NCBI GenBank assembly: GCA_964360965.1
Contig: CAYHYM010000004.1
Coordinates: forward strand, 30,001-62,000
DNA length: 32,000 nucleotides
From: an uncultured Gammaproteobacteria bacterium
Lineage (GTDB): Bacteria > Patescibacteriota > Microgenomatia > Daviesbacterales > UBA10151
Direction: 5' to 3'
The notes under the pieces were generated by a model. It saw only the letters and a list, made by a program, of their open reading frames with translations. It did not search any database and was not told the DNA's origin. Positions 13,533-21,978 of the stretch are shown in pieces; positions within the stretch are counted from its first letter, which is position 1; each line of letters starts with the position of its first letter. The position numbers were made by a program, and so were the translations under genes.

Positions 13533-13675
13533 TTAATCAAGAGTGATGGGGAGGGAATTGGCCCGTTGATCCATCCAGCAACTGATTCGAGTTTTCGAGA
13601 ATCCTTAAGCGACTAGCGAAGGACCTCTAGAAACCGACCGCGGTGCTACACCCAAGCCCGCAAGGGAGGATTAGG
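13533..13675 (+). promoter_or_regulatory. SAM-I (S-box)-like riboswitch aptamer with an enlarged P3
   Basis: UUAAUCAAGAG-UGAUGGGGAGGGAAUUGGCCCGUUGAUCCAUCCAGCAAC...GGUGCUACACCC-AAGCCCGCAAGGGAGG-AUUAGG reproduces the S-box core blocks AUCAAGAG, GAGGGA, UGGCCC, UGA, GCAAC, GGUGCUAxxxCC and GAUxAG. P1 pairs UAAUC with GAUUA. Confidence 0.7.
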
Positions 13676-13695
13676 TCTTTTAAAGGCAAAAATTG

Positions 13696-13720
13696 AACCT
13701 CTCTTGATGAGAGGTTTTTT
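13696..13720 (+). terminator. Intrinsic terminator (riboswitch expression platform)
   Basis: AACCUCUC-uugau-GAGAGGUU followed by UUUU. The 5' arm CCUCUC can alternatively pair with GGGAGG (13664-13669), acting as an antiterminator. Confidence 0.7.
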
Positions 13721-13739
13721 AATGAGAAGGAGGTGAAAT

Positions 13740-14099
13740 ATGGAAAGAAAAGAATTAATGCAGCAGTTAGTAGCTGAAGGAAGAACAAAACCTAGGGGTT
13801 TACTGACTATTATATTTGACGAAGAGAGTGAGTATGTCAGATTTGTGCGTGAGGCATATAATAGGTTTGGTGGTGAAGGATTAGAATTTACTAACGTTCC
13901 GATTATCCTTAGTGCCCGTGTTAGACCCGGCCTATTGGAGCAAACCTGGGAAGAATTTAACTATAGACCAGTTACTAAAGAGGATTTAGATAAAGTTAGG
14001 GAGGAATTAAAAAAATGGAAGCCATGGGATCCGGCAATACTAAAAGATGGACATGTTCCAGGTTTTGCAGAACCAAAGGAAATATATATTGATTGGTAA
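13740..14099 (+). CDS. Hypothetical protein (119 aa) under SAM-riboswitch control
   Basis: Strong SD (AGGAGGTG) 5 nt upstream of the ATG. No family recognised. Confidence 0.7.
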   Translation: MERKELMQQLVAEGRTKPRGLLTIIFDEESEYVRFVREAYNRFGGEGLEFTNVPIILSARVRPGLLEQTWEEFNYRPVTKEDLDKVREELKKWKPWDPAILKDGHVPGFAEPKEIYIDW

Positions 14100-14260
14100 A
14101 TGCTTTTTAAGTTCCTTCATGCCAAGCAAGACTGAAAAGCCAATATAGGCTGCCTTAAGACGCATTTTTGGCATATCTTATAGTATACCAGGTAGCTGTT
14201 TATAAATCAAATAATGTTTATTTAACAGAAGTTTTTGTGATACTATTATTTTAAGCATTT

Positions 14261-15406
14261 ATGGAAGGAAAAGAGTCTGCCCCTATCAAAGTTAGGGCTG
14301 CTAATACTGTTGCCAGTTTCCTACTTTTTGCTATGTCTGCAACAGGTTGTAACCTAAACTTTCCAGGAAGCTCATCAGAAGATTCTCAGGAGTTACTAAA
14401 TAGATCTACCCCTGTTGATCCGGAATTAGGCAAAAGATATAGGCAAATAATTGAGGAATCTGTAGGACAAGACTGTGAATTACCAGAAGTAGGATTTAGG
14501 TCAATCAGAAGACCGACAGTATTTCTACCACGCTTTAGAACAGAAGGATATATGATTCCACCTCTTTCTGATGGAGAAACAGCCAATATAATAATCCCCA
14601 CCTTAAGTAAACGTGACCCGATAGTGGCTCAAAGTGCCAAAGAAGCAGGAGTCACCAGAGAAGAATATAAAAAAGCAATGGAAAATGTCACAATAATTCA
14701 TGAAGGTATCCACCTTTGTTCACCTTTTGAAACATCAGATCAAAAACATCCAAATCCGGTAATAGTTGATTATACAAAGCCTGATGTGCAACGGGATCGT
14801 AGAGGAGTATATAAATTAAATTATCAAGTCCGCAGATTAGAAATTGCACCCTTTTCAGGTTTGGGTTTAATGATTGAGGAAAGTAAAATATACTCTGATG
14901 GGACAGTTGAAATTCATAAGCTATATCAGGAAGAGGGAGATACAGAGGAGCTTATTACCCACTCTATCACTCCTCAAAGAGTATTAAAAAAATATGGAGC
15001 TGATTCTTTAGAATATAAAGCCTCTCAAGAGTCAGGGTATCCAACAGGAAGGACGGTTCTGACAAATATTTTTGCAACAAAAGAGGTAGGATTTGATGAT
15101 ATTATCGGGGCAAAACAGAAAAATGATGCTAAAGCTATCTTTGAGATGGTAAAACAGGGGGTTGAGGAGATAGGCAAAAGAGCCGGGATTGAAAGAAAAG
15201 TTACTGATGAGAACCACTCTAATTTTGTGCTATATAACTTTTTCAGTCAGCTTTCTACTGAAAGAGCAGCTAAAAATGAAATTAACCCGAACCTGCTTAT
15301 TGATTATTTAAGTAACTATTTCTTTGGTAAAAACTTTAATAAAACAACTGCTAAAGAGAGAGAACAGATGATATCTGTTTACAATCAAGTTTTCATCAAA
15401 CGATAA
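14261..15406 (+). CDS. Putative lipoprotein with an HExxH zinc-metalloprotease motif
   Basis: N-terminal hydrophobic segment ending in SATGC (lipobox-like). IIHEGIHLC is an HExxH motif. Confidence 0.5.
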   Translation: MEGKESAPIKVRAANTVASFLLFAMSATGCNLNFPGSSSEDSQELLNRSTPVDPELGKRYRQIIEESVGQDCELPEVGFRSIRRPTVFLPRFRTEGYMIPPLSDGETANIIIPTLSKRDPIVAQSAKEAGVTREEYKKAMENVTIIHEGIHLCSPFETSDQKHPNPVIVDYTKPDVQRDRRGVYKLNYQVRRLEIAPFSGLGLMIEESKIYSDGTVEIHKLYQEEGDTEELITHSITPQRVLKKYGADSLEYKASQESGYPTGRTVLTNIFATKEVGFDDIIGAKQKNDAKAIFEMVKQGVEEIGKRAGIERKVTDENHSNFVLYNFFSQLSTERAAKNEINPNLLIDYLSNYFFGKNFNKTTAKEREQMISVYNQVFIKR

Positions 15407-15420
15407 GTTAACAGAAGTGA

Positions 15421-17118
15421 TTACTGTGTTCCCACCAGATACACAGCTTGCCAGGGTTTGTAGTTAGATTTCCAGGTTTCTTTGATCATCACCTCCCCTC
15501 CTTTGGTGACAGTTCTGGTAAATGACACATCAGCCCCCCAGGCTGCAAAATCTATCTGTTTGACCTCACCTTTGGGCAGCTCGGGGTCATCCTGTCGCAA
15601 CTCCGGTGGAGGCGGAGTCTGGTTGGTAATAATTGGTTTTGTTAAAGTGGCCACCCTGTTATCAGAGGTGCCATATAAATCAACATATAAACTGTTACCC
15701 ACTGTATATGCTTGGATTAAAATATGGGATGGGGTGTCATTTTTAAACTTAAAATCAACAGAGGGAGAAAAAACTGTGGCATCCAGTCCGGCAGGGAAAC
15801 CCTGCTCATAATAACCCACTCTGTAGGCATGAGCTACTCTTTGGACCACTGGTAGTCCCGCATTTAAGACTGCTCTAAATAAAGTAGTTGAATCCTGACA
15901 AACTCCTCCTCCATCATCTAAAACAGTCCTGCCGGATTTAATCACATAGGCCTGTTTATAACCTGACTGCGCCGAAATATCCCCAACTTTGTCGTTAAAA
16001 GAGAATGTTTCTCCTGGGGGGACTAAAATACCGTTGATGCGTGAGGCAGCCAGTCCAATATTATAGATTCTGTTGGGGATTGAACCTGTAAAATGAGAAA
16101 TACCGCGACCAATTAGCTCTTTGATCCCCAAATCATTGACCTGTTGGGTTTGGATTTTAGGCTGGGTAATGGTAACTGGCAAGGTGATGGTTTTTGGTCT
16201 TTGGTTGTCCAAAGCCAGTATGATAAGTTGAGTTGTTTTTTCCATATCAACTCTTTTACCTGCCTGGGCAGGTTTGAAAGCTGTTACCCGTGCTATTAAT
16301 GGATCAAAATTAAACAGCGCCTCAATCACCGGTTGGTCAATTTTGGAAGCTACTGCAGTTGTTAAATATTTGGATAGCTTATTTTTATCTATTAACTGAT
16401 TATTTTGTGTAAAATTCAAAAGAGGGATTAAAATTTTAGCATCAATCAACCAGCTATTGCCATCAAAGGTAAGTTTGATTGGTTCTTTGATAGCATCCTC
16501 CAGATATTTTTTGGCCAGTTCTGCCTCTTTATTGGTAATGTCTGGTTCAATTTGCCTGGTGGGAAGTGTGGCAGGCGAGTTCCCAAATAAAAGGTAATCC
16601 TCAAGGTAAATTAACAGTTGGTCTTTATCCAAAGCAAGACCTGTTCTGCCTGCTGTTATTTTAATTAGGGCAGATGGGGTTGACTGCTCTATTGTAAGAG
16701 TGGCATCTTGGGGAGGTTGATATATGGTTTGAGCTAAGGCGTTAACTTGTTCGTTAAGATCAATATCAATTTTGGGTTTAATGGTTCTTGGGGAAACTGT
16801 CAGTTTTATTTGATCGAATATTTTTTCTGCCCAGGTACCTGTATGGCCGATTAAAAAAGCCTCGTCTATGGCCTGAGAACTATTAATTTTGGCAGAGGCG
16901 GTTGACAGGTCAATGGTAAGGATCCTTTGCCGCAGTCTTTGGTGGAATTTTGCCTCAATCAGTCTTTGAGATTGAGTTTTGGTCAGGAAAAAAAGATGAC
17001 TATCCCCGACAAAAATTCCGGGAAAAAATTTATCGTAAAAAATAAACTGACAGCTGGTGAGAATAAGTATGATCAGGATAAAAAATAACACCAGCGGTCT
17101 TTTTGCCATTGAGCGCAT
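15421..17118 (-). CDS. VanW-family protein with an N-terminal TM anchor and a C-terminal G5-like domain
   Basis: GETFSFNDKVG...GGGVCQDSTTLFRAVLNAGLPVV...AHAYRVGYY (VanW). The C-terminal PKGEVKQIDFAAWGADVSFTRTV is G5-like. Confidence 0.7.
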   Translation of the reverse strand: MRSMAKRPLVLFFILIILILTSCQFIFYDKFFPGIFVGDSHLFFLTKTQSQRLIEAKFHQRLRQRILTIDLSTASAKINSSQAIDEAFLIGHTGTWAEKIFDQIKLTVSPRTIKPKIDIDLNEQVNALAQTIYQPPQDATLTIEQSTPSALIKITAGRTGLALDKDQLLIYLEDYLLFGNSPATLPTRQIEPDITNKEAELAKKYLEDAIKEPIKLTFDGNSWLIDAKILIPLLNFTQNNQLIDKNKLSKYLTTAVASKIDQPVIEALFNFDPLIARVTAFKPAQAGKRVDMEKTTQLIILALDNQRPKTITLPVTITQPKIQTQQVNDLGIKELIGRGISHFTGSIPNRIYNIGLAASRINGILVPPGETFSFNDKVGDISAQSGYKQAYVIKSGRTVLDDGGGVCQDSTTLFRAVLNAGLPVVQRVAHAYRVGYYEQGFPAGLDATVFSPSVDFKFKNDTPSHILIQAYTVGNSLYVDLYGTSDNRVATLTKPIITNQTPPPPELRQDDPELPKGEVKQIDFAAWGADVSFTRTVTKGGEVMIKETWKSNYKPWQAVYLVGTQ

Positions 17119-17164
17119 TTTACGTTAGTTCCAAGCTTTGGGCAAGTTATGAGATATAATTGAA

Positions 17165-17274
17165 AGGTAGACCTGTGAAGAGCCCTTCGACAAGGCTTCG
17201 ACGGTGAGTCTTTCGACCCTGAGCTCAAGACCGAAGGGCTCAGCCGAACCGCTCAGGGTAAACTCTGTCGAACC
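17165..17274. repeat. Intergenic GC-rich composite repeat with a long hairpin
   Basis: GAGCCCTTCG (17180-17189) pairs with CGAAGGGCTC (17232-17241). Contains CCTTCGAC, GCTTCGAC, GCTCAGGGT and CTGTCGAACC motifs shared with the in-gene elements. Confidence 0.75.
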
Positions 17275-18573
17275 ATGAAAAAAATTATTATTTTGGTTTT
17301 AGTTTTGGCCATTATTTTGGGAGTTTTAATATGGCGTTTTGGGCTGAGTAACAATTTAAAAAAAGTAGAGCCTGTTAATTTGACTTATTGGGGACTGTGG
17401 GAAGAAGAAAATTTGTTAAAACCTTTGATTTTAGAGTATCAAAAACAAAATCCCAATGTGACAATAAGTTATGTTCGGCAATCATCAATCAATTATAGAA
17501 CCAGGGTTCAGGCTCAAATCAAAGAGGGGGTGGGGCCTGATATTTTTAGAATTCACAACTCCTGGCTGGGCATGTTTTTAAAAGAGGACAGTTTGGCTCC
17601 TGCTTCTGATGTGTTTACTCTAGCTGATTATAAAAATACCTTTTATCCTGTGGCAGCTGATTCTTTTATAACAGCTGATGCCATTTATGCAGCGCCCATG
17701 GAAGTTGATGGACTGGCCCTATTTTATAATGAAGACATGTTAAACGGGATCAACGGAAAACCACCTGAGAATTGGCAAGAATTTATAGAGATAGCCTTCA
17801 AAATGACTGTCCGGGATGCATCAGGAATAAAGACAGCAGGCGCCAGTTTAGGAACAGCCTCAAATGTTGATCACTTCTCGGATATAATAGGGTTGCTACT
17901 TTTACAACAACCTGGTGTGGATTTAACAAATGTGGCAACCCTTCAAGTTGCGGAGGTTTTAAGATTTTATACAGGCTTTGTGACAGATCCAGGGAAAAAA
18001 ACTTGGGATGTCAATTTGCCTTCCTCAACTCAGATGTTTATAGAAGGACGCTTAGGTTTTTATTTTGCACCTTCTTGGAGAGCACATGAGATAAGAGTGG
18101 CCAACCCCAATTTGAAATTTAAGGTGGCACCAGTTCCACAGCTGGCAGGCAGGACAGTTGCTTGGGCTTCTCTTTGGGGTGAGGCTGTATCCAAAACCAG
18201 TAAGAATAGGGAGGAAGCCTGGAAATTTGTCAAATATTTAACATCTGCTGAAGCTCAAAAACTTTTCTATACCGAGGTCTCAAAAGTAAGGTTTTTTGGG
18301 GAGCCTTATTCAAGGGTGGATTTGGCAGGGGAGATCTCGGAGGATCCTGTTGCAGGGGCTTTTGTGTCCCAGGGCCCGTATTATAAATTCTGGTATTTAT
18401 CATCCAACACCTATGACAACGGAATAAATGATGAGATGATTAAATACTGGGAGGATGGCATAAATGCCACCCTGGCTGGAACAGATCCACAGGTGGCCTT
18501 ACAAACTGTGGAGAAAGGTGTAAAACAGGTGCTGGATAAATATACCAAAGCTGCTACTCCAAACACAAAATAA
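17275..18573 (+). CDS. Extracellular solute-binding protein (ABC transporter family 1, sugar type) with no adjacent permease
   Basis: N-terminal TM/signal anchor followed by typical SBP_bac_1 blocks (LTYWGLWEE..., PDIFRIHNSW, YAAPMEVDGLALFYN). Confidence 0.7.
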   Translation: MKKIIILVLVLAIILGVLIWRFGLSNNLKKVEPVNLTYWGLWEEENLLKPLILEYQKQNPNVTISYVRQSSINYRTRVQAQIKEGVGPDIFRIHNSWLGMFLKEDSLAPASDVFTLADYKNTFYPVAADSFITADAIYAAPMEVDGLALFYNEDMLNGINGKPPENWQEFIEIAFKMTVRDASGIKTAGASLGTASNVDHFSDIIGLLLLQQPGVDLTNVATLQVAEVLRFYTGFVTDPGKKTWDVNLPSSTQMFIEGRLGFYFAPSWRAHEIRVANPNLKFKVAPVPQLAGRTVAWASLWGEAVSKTSKNREEAWKFVKYLTSAEAQKLFYTEVSKVRFFGEPYSRVDLAGEISEDPVAGAFVSQGPYYKFWYLSSNTYDNGINDEMIKYWEDGINATLAGTDPQVALQTVEKGVKQVLDKYTKAATPNTK

Positions 18574-18597
18574 TTTTTGTGTTAAAATACGCTTACT

Positions 18598-18906
18598 ATG
18601 CAAAAGAAGATTTTAAATTATAAGCAAAGCTTGAAATTCTCGCAGAGCTTAAATTATAGAATCATCATTGAACCGGAAAAAATGGGCAAAAAAATTGTCT
18701 ATAATGCAGCTTGTCCTACACTGGGGGTATATGATTATGGTAACTCCATTGATGAGGTTTTAGAAAGCATTAAAGATGGTATTGAACTGGCAATTGAAGT
18801 GTTAAGAGATGAGGGTCAAGAGGTACCAGTTGATGATACAGAAAAGGGTGTAGTGGTGGCTACTCAAGTAGAGGCTCCTGATAATGCTAAGATAATGACT
18901 GCATGA
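18598..18906 (+). CDS. hicB: HicB-family antitoxin
   Basis: YRIIIEPEK...YNAACPTLGVYDYGNSIDEVLESIKDGIELAIE. 4-bp overlap with hicA. Confidence 0.7.
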   Translation: MQKKILNYKQSLKFSQSLNYRIIIEPEKMGKKIVYNAACPTLGVYDYGNSIDEVLESIKDGIELAIEVLRDEGQEVPVDDTEKGVVVATQVEAPDNAKIMTA

Positions 18907-19127
18907 GCAAATTACCTCGCAATGTTAAACCACAGATATTAATTAAATTTCTAGTTAAGCTTGATTTCAAAGAAGGTAAGGGTAGGGGTAGTCATATCAG
19001 ATTGACTCACCCCGATGATAGGTGGACTCAAGTGGCAGTGCATCCAGGTCCAGTACCACCGGGAACTTTAAGAAAAATAATCAAACAAGCAGAAATTACA
19101 GAGGATCAATTGAAAGATTTAAAATGA
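18903..19127 (+). CDS. hicA: HicA mRNA-interferase toxin
   Basis: [57 protein letters not shown] is the full-length HicA pattern. Confidence 0.8.
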   Translation: MSKLPRNVKPQILIKFLVKLDFKEGKGRGSHIRLTHPDDRWTQVAVHPGPVPPGTLRKIIKQAEITEDQLKDLK

Positions 19128-19504
19128 AAAATAATAAATTAACAGTGTTAATAAATAAACCTGTTAGCGAAGTTTTCTCTTTTACCACAAATCCAAAAAA
19201 TACTCCTAAATGGATAGATTCCATTGTCAGCGAAGAAACAAATGAATGGCCAGTTAAAGTAGGAAGTATTTATAAAAACCAAAATATAAATGATGATTGG
19301 TCAGAATATGTAGTCACAGAGTTTAAAGAAAATGAGATGTTCGTTTTTTCTAAAAAAGATGGAAACTATCATGTTAGATATATTTTTAAACCAATTGCAG
19401 ATGGGACAGAACTAGAATATTATGAATGGGTGGATAAGGGAGATTTGGAAGAACCATTTACTCAAAATATTTTGCAAAAACTAAAAGAGGTAATAGAAAA
19501 ATGA
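19124..19504 (+). CDS. SRPBCC (START/polyketide-cyclase-like) domain protein
   Basis: [33 protein letters not shown] is typical of the family. Start taken at the ATG in ATGA overlap with the hicA stop, not at 19022. Confidence 0.6.
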   Translation: MKNNKLTVLINKPVSEVFSFTTNPKNTPKWIDSIVSEETNEWPVKVGSIYKNQNINDDWSEYVVTEFKENEMFVFSKKDGNYHVRYIFKPIADGTELEYYEWVDKGDLEEPFTQNILQKLKEVIEK

Positions 19505-20016
19505 AAGTAATTTTGTATATGGGGATTAGCCCAAATGGATATATTGCTAAAGAAGATGGGGATTCTGAGTGGACTTCAGAGGAAGATTTGCAAGGTTTTT
19601 ATAAGCACAGTAAACAAGCAGGCAATATTATCATGGGTAGGCATACCTATGAAGCCGCTTCAAAGTATGGGTATTTTCCATTTCCGGATGCTGTCAATGT
19701 AGTGGTTACCCATCAACCCCTAGAAAATAAATGGGGGAATCAAGTAATGGTTACTGATAAATCTCCAAGAGAAGTTTTACAGATGTTGGAGGAGAAAGGT
19801 TTTAATGAAGCTTTTTTAGCTGGAGGAGGGAAATTAAATAGCTCTTTTATGAAGGAAGGCTTAATTGATGAAATATATTTTGATGTAGAACCAATTCTTT
19901 TTGGAAAAGGAATTCCAGTTTTTGCGCCAACAGATTTTGAATGTGATCTAGAGTTATTAGAGATAAATAAATTAAATAAAAATACAGTTCAGTTACATTA
20001 CAAGGTTATAAAATGA
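19501..20016 (+). CDS. Dihydrofolate-reductase-like protein (RibD C-terminal domain family)
   Basis: ISPNGYIA...IIMGRHTYE...[37 protein letters not shown]. Confidence 0.65.
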   Translation: MKVILYMGISPNGYIAKEDGDSEWTSEEDLQGFYKHSKQAGNIIMGRHTYEAASKYGYFPFPDAVNVVVTHQPLENKWGNQVMVTDKSPREVLQMLEEKGFNEAFLAGGGKLNSSFMKEGLIDEIYFDVEPILFGKGIPVFAPTDFECDLELLEINKLNKNTVQLHYKVIK

Positions 20017-20585
20017 AAAGAGTGCTCATCATTCATGGATGGGGTGGCAGGCCTGATGGAAATGATTGGTTACCATGGGCTAAAAAAGAATTAGAAGCTA
20101 AGGGATATGAAGTAATTTTGCCATCAATGCCAGATCCTGTTTATCCGAAAATTGAAACTTGGATCCCATTTCTGGCAAATTTAGTAGGTGATGTGCAGGA
20201 CACAGATATTTTTATTGGTCATAGTATAGGTTGCCAGACAATTTTAAGATACTTAGAAACTTTAAATAATGAACAAAAAGTAGATAAAGTTATTATGATA
20301 GCTCCCTGGGGAGTAAGTTTATCTGAGAAAGCTTATGAGGATGAAGAGGATAAAGAAACTGCTAAACCTTGGCTTCAAACTTCCATCAACTGGGACAAAA
20401 TAAAAACAAAAGCTAGAGGGTTTATAGCAATCTTCTCTGATGATGATCCTCTTGTGCCACTAGAAGAAAACAGCAAGCTTTTTAGAGAAAAACTAGAGGC
20501 AAAAATTATTGTGGAACACAATCAAGGTCATTTTAGCGGAGATGATGGGATACAGAGTTTGCCAGTTCTACTTAAGCTTTTCTAA
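20013..20585 (+). CDS. Alpha/beta serine hydrolase (YdeN/RBBP9-like)
   Basis: VLIIHGWGG...FIGHSIGCQTILRY (GxSxG nucleophile elbow)...DDDPLVP...GHF. Confidence 0.65.
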   Translation: MKRVLIIHGWGGRPDGNDWLPWAKKELEAKGYEVILPSMPDPVYPKIETWIPFLANLVGDVQDTDIFIGHSIGCQTILRYLETLNNEQKVDKVIMIAPWGVSLSEKAYEDEEDKETAKPWLQTSINWDKIKTKARGFIAIFSDDDPLVPLEENSKLFREKLEAKIIVEHNQGHFSGDDGIQSLPVLLKLF

Positions 20586-20619
20586 TAAAACTTGACTTTT
20601 TGTTGTATAATTCTTTCTT

Positions 20620-21183
20620 ATGTCTGAAAGGCCAGAGGTAGTTTTATCAACAAAAATTGAAGGTTTAAAATTTGCCTGCTGGAGGCAGTTACCGCTTGAT
20701 GCTCAGACCAGATTTTATCCTGGGATCAAACTTTTTCCCAATCCCTCGGATGCTTTATATAAAGTAGCCGGCGCTTTTGCAATTTTAAAAACACTTACTC
20801 CACCCCTGAGCGGAACAGTTGTGGCGCATGTTGGGTTTGATATTACAGAGGAATCATTTGTTATTACCAATTCTCCCCAGGGATGCTCAAGAAATTATTT
20901 AGAAGGTTATCCTGATGATTTAAAAACAGCAGTTTTAACAGAGTTAAGAAATGGTTTTAGAGAGGAATTGTTGGGAGCTGTTTTAAAAATAGCCTCTGTT
21001 TTTAAAAATACGGGTATCAGACAAGTTAAGGGTATATCTGCTCACAATGATGAAAGAGTTGATATAAATGGCGGAGTAATGCCTTATCATCAAGCCCTCA
21101 GGTCAATGGATGAGCTTTATCGAAAGTGTGGATTTGATCAAGATATTTATGGTGATTTTGTCTTGTCCTTAATCAGTCCTTGA
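20620..21183 (+). CDS. Hypothetical protein (187 aa)
   Basis: Long ORF with TATAAT (20606-20611) 8 nt upstream of the ATG. No family recognised. Confidence 0.5.
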   Translation: MSERPEVVLSTKIEGLKFACWRQLPLDAQTRFYPGIKLFPNPSDALYKVAGAFAILKTLTPPLSGTVVAHVGFDITEESFVITNSPQGCSRNYLEGYPDDLKTAVLTELRNGFREELLGAVLKIASVFKNTGIRQVKGISAHNDERVDINGGVMPYHQALRSMDELYRKCGFDQDIYGDFVLSLISP

Positions 21184-21209
21184 CAAGTAGTGCTAGTTTC
21201 TGGTATATA
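21180..21209 (+). promoter_or_regulatory. groES operon promoter
   Basis: TTGACA (21180-21185), 18-nt spacer ending in TGg, then TATATA (21204-21209). Confidence 0.5.
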
Positions 21210-21235
21210 TATGAACCAGTTTCCTGCCTTCTTGA

Positions 21236-21586
21236 TTGCATATGCCAAAAGTAAAAAAAGCAAAAACTGCAAAATTAAAAATTAACCCTTCGACTTCGCT
21301 CAGGGTGAAGCCCTTAATGGGTTATGTGTTAGTGCAACCTGGTGAGGCTGAAACTACTACTTCCTCAGGTATTATCCTTCCAGAATCAGCTCAAGAAAAA
21401 CCGGCTCAAGGAATGGTTGTAGCTTGTGGTGAGGATATGGTTTTGGAGGGTGGCAAAGTTATAAAGTGTCCGGTAAAAGTAGGAGATAAAGTAGTTTATA
21501 AAAAATGGGGCGGGGATGAGATAAAAATAGATGGGGTAGAATATAAATTAGTCAAATTCGATGATCTAATGGCAATATTGGAGTAA
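21236..21586 (+). CDS. groES: Co-chaperonin GroES; start uncertain (TTG 21236, ATG 21242, or GTG 21305 giving a canonical 94-aa protein)
   Basis: VKPLMGYVLVQPGEAETTTSSGIILPESAQEKPAQGMVVACG matches the GroES N-terminal and mobile-loop pattern. The upstream 23 codons are Lys-rich and include a GC-rich repeat. Confidence 0.88.
   Translation: MHMPKVKKAKTAKLKINPSTSLRVKPLMGYVLVQPGEAETTTSSGIILPESAQEKPAQGMVVACGEDMVLEGGKVIKCPVKVGDKVVYKKWGGDEIKIDGVEYKLVKFDDLMAILE
21286..21313. repeat. GC-rich repeat fragment (CCTTCGAC...GCTCAGGGT type) at the groES 5' end
   Basis: CCCTTCGACTTCGCTCAGGGTGAAGCCC encodes PSTSLRVKP if translated. Confidence 0.65.
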
Positions 21587-21590
21587 AAAT

Positions 21591-21965
21591 ATGAGGGAAA
21601 AACTGATAGGAGATATAAATAGATTAGCTAATTTGGGATCAGTTATAACCAGAGGCTTAGATAGAGGAGTTAGTAGGCTCATAAAAGGTCTACCAATCAA
21701 GAGAGAAAATTCGACTGTAGAATCATTTGATAGTATTAGTGATTATAGTTTGAGTTTTTTAAGATGGGGAGGGCAAATGGCAAGAGATGACGTTTTCCTA
21801 AGAGCATTGGGTGGTGTTACGCTAATTGGAATTGGTATGGTAACTGATAGGATGATTACAGGCGTTGGAATTTACATAACATTAAAAAATGCTAAAGCAT
21901 TTCACGATTTAAGTAGAGACATAAAAAGAATAGGAAATGCAGAATCAGCAAGAGGAATCGTCTAA
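21591..21965 (+). CDS. Hypothetical small protein (124 aa, hydrophobic centre) between groES and groEL
   Basis: ORF fills the groES-groEL gap (4 nt after the groES stop, 13 nt before the groEL ATG). The hydrophobic stretch LGGVTLIGIGMV...GVGIYITL suggests a membrane hairpin. Confidence 0.55.
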   Translation: MREKLIGDINRLANLGSVITRGLDRGVSRLIKGLPIKRENSTVESFDSISDYSLSFLRWGGQMARDDVFLRALGGVTLIGIGMVTDRMITGVGIYITLKNAKAFHDLSRDIKRIGNAESARGIV

Positions 21966-21978
21966 AAGGAATTAATAT

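Noticed and set aside
13533-13675. Considered this GC-rich intergenic patch as another copy of the GC-rich palindromic repeat family
   Set aside because: It lacks the CCTTCGAC / GCTCAGG cores. It matches the ordered conserved strings of the SAM-I riboswitch and is followed by a matching terminator/antiterminator.
14222-15418. 11-bp direct repeat TTAACAGAAGT (14222-14232 and 15408-15418) flanking the HExxH lipoprotein gene, considered as a possible target-site duplication
   Set aside because: In 32 kb of AT-rich DNA, many chance 11-mer repeats are expected (on the order of a hundred pairs under a uniform model). There are no terminal inverted repeats and no mobility gene.
19022-19123. Longer start for the SRPBCC gene (ORF-track 19022..19504)
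   Set aside because: The first 34 codons overlap hicA in another frame and give a non-homologous Ser/Arg-rich peptide. The ATG at 19124 forms an ATGA overlap with the hicA stop, and the family-typical N-terminus begins there.
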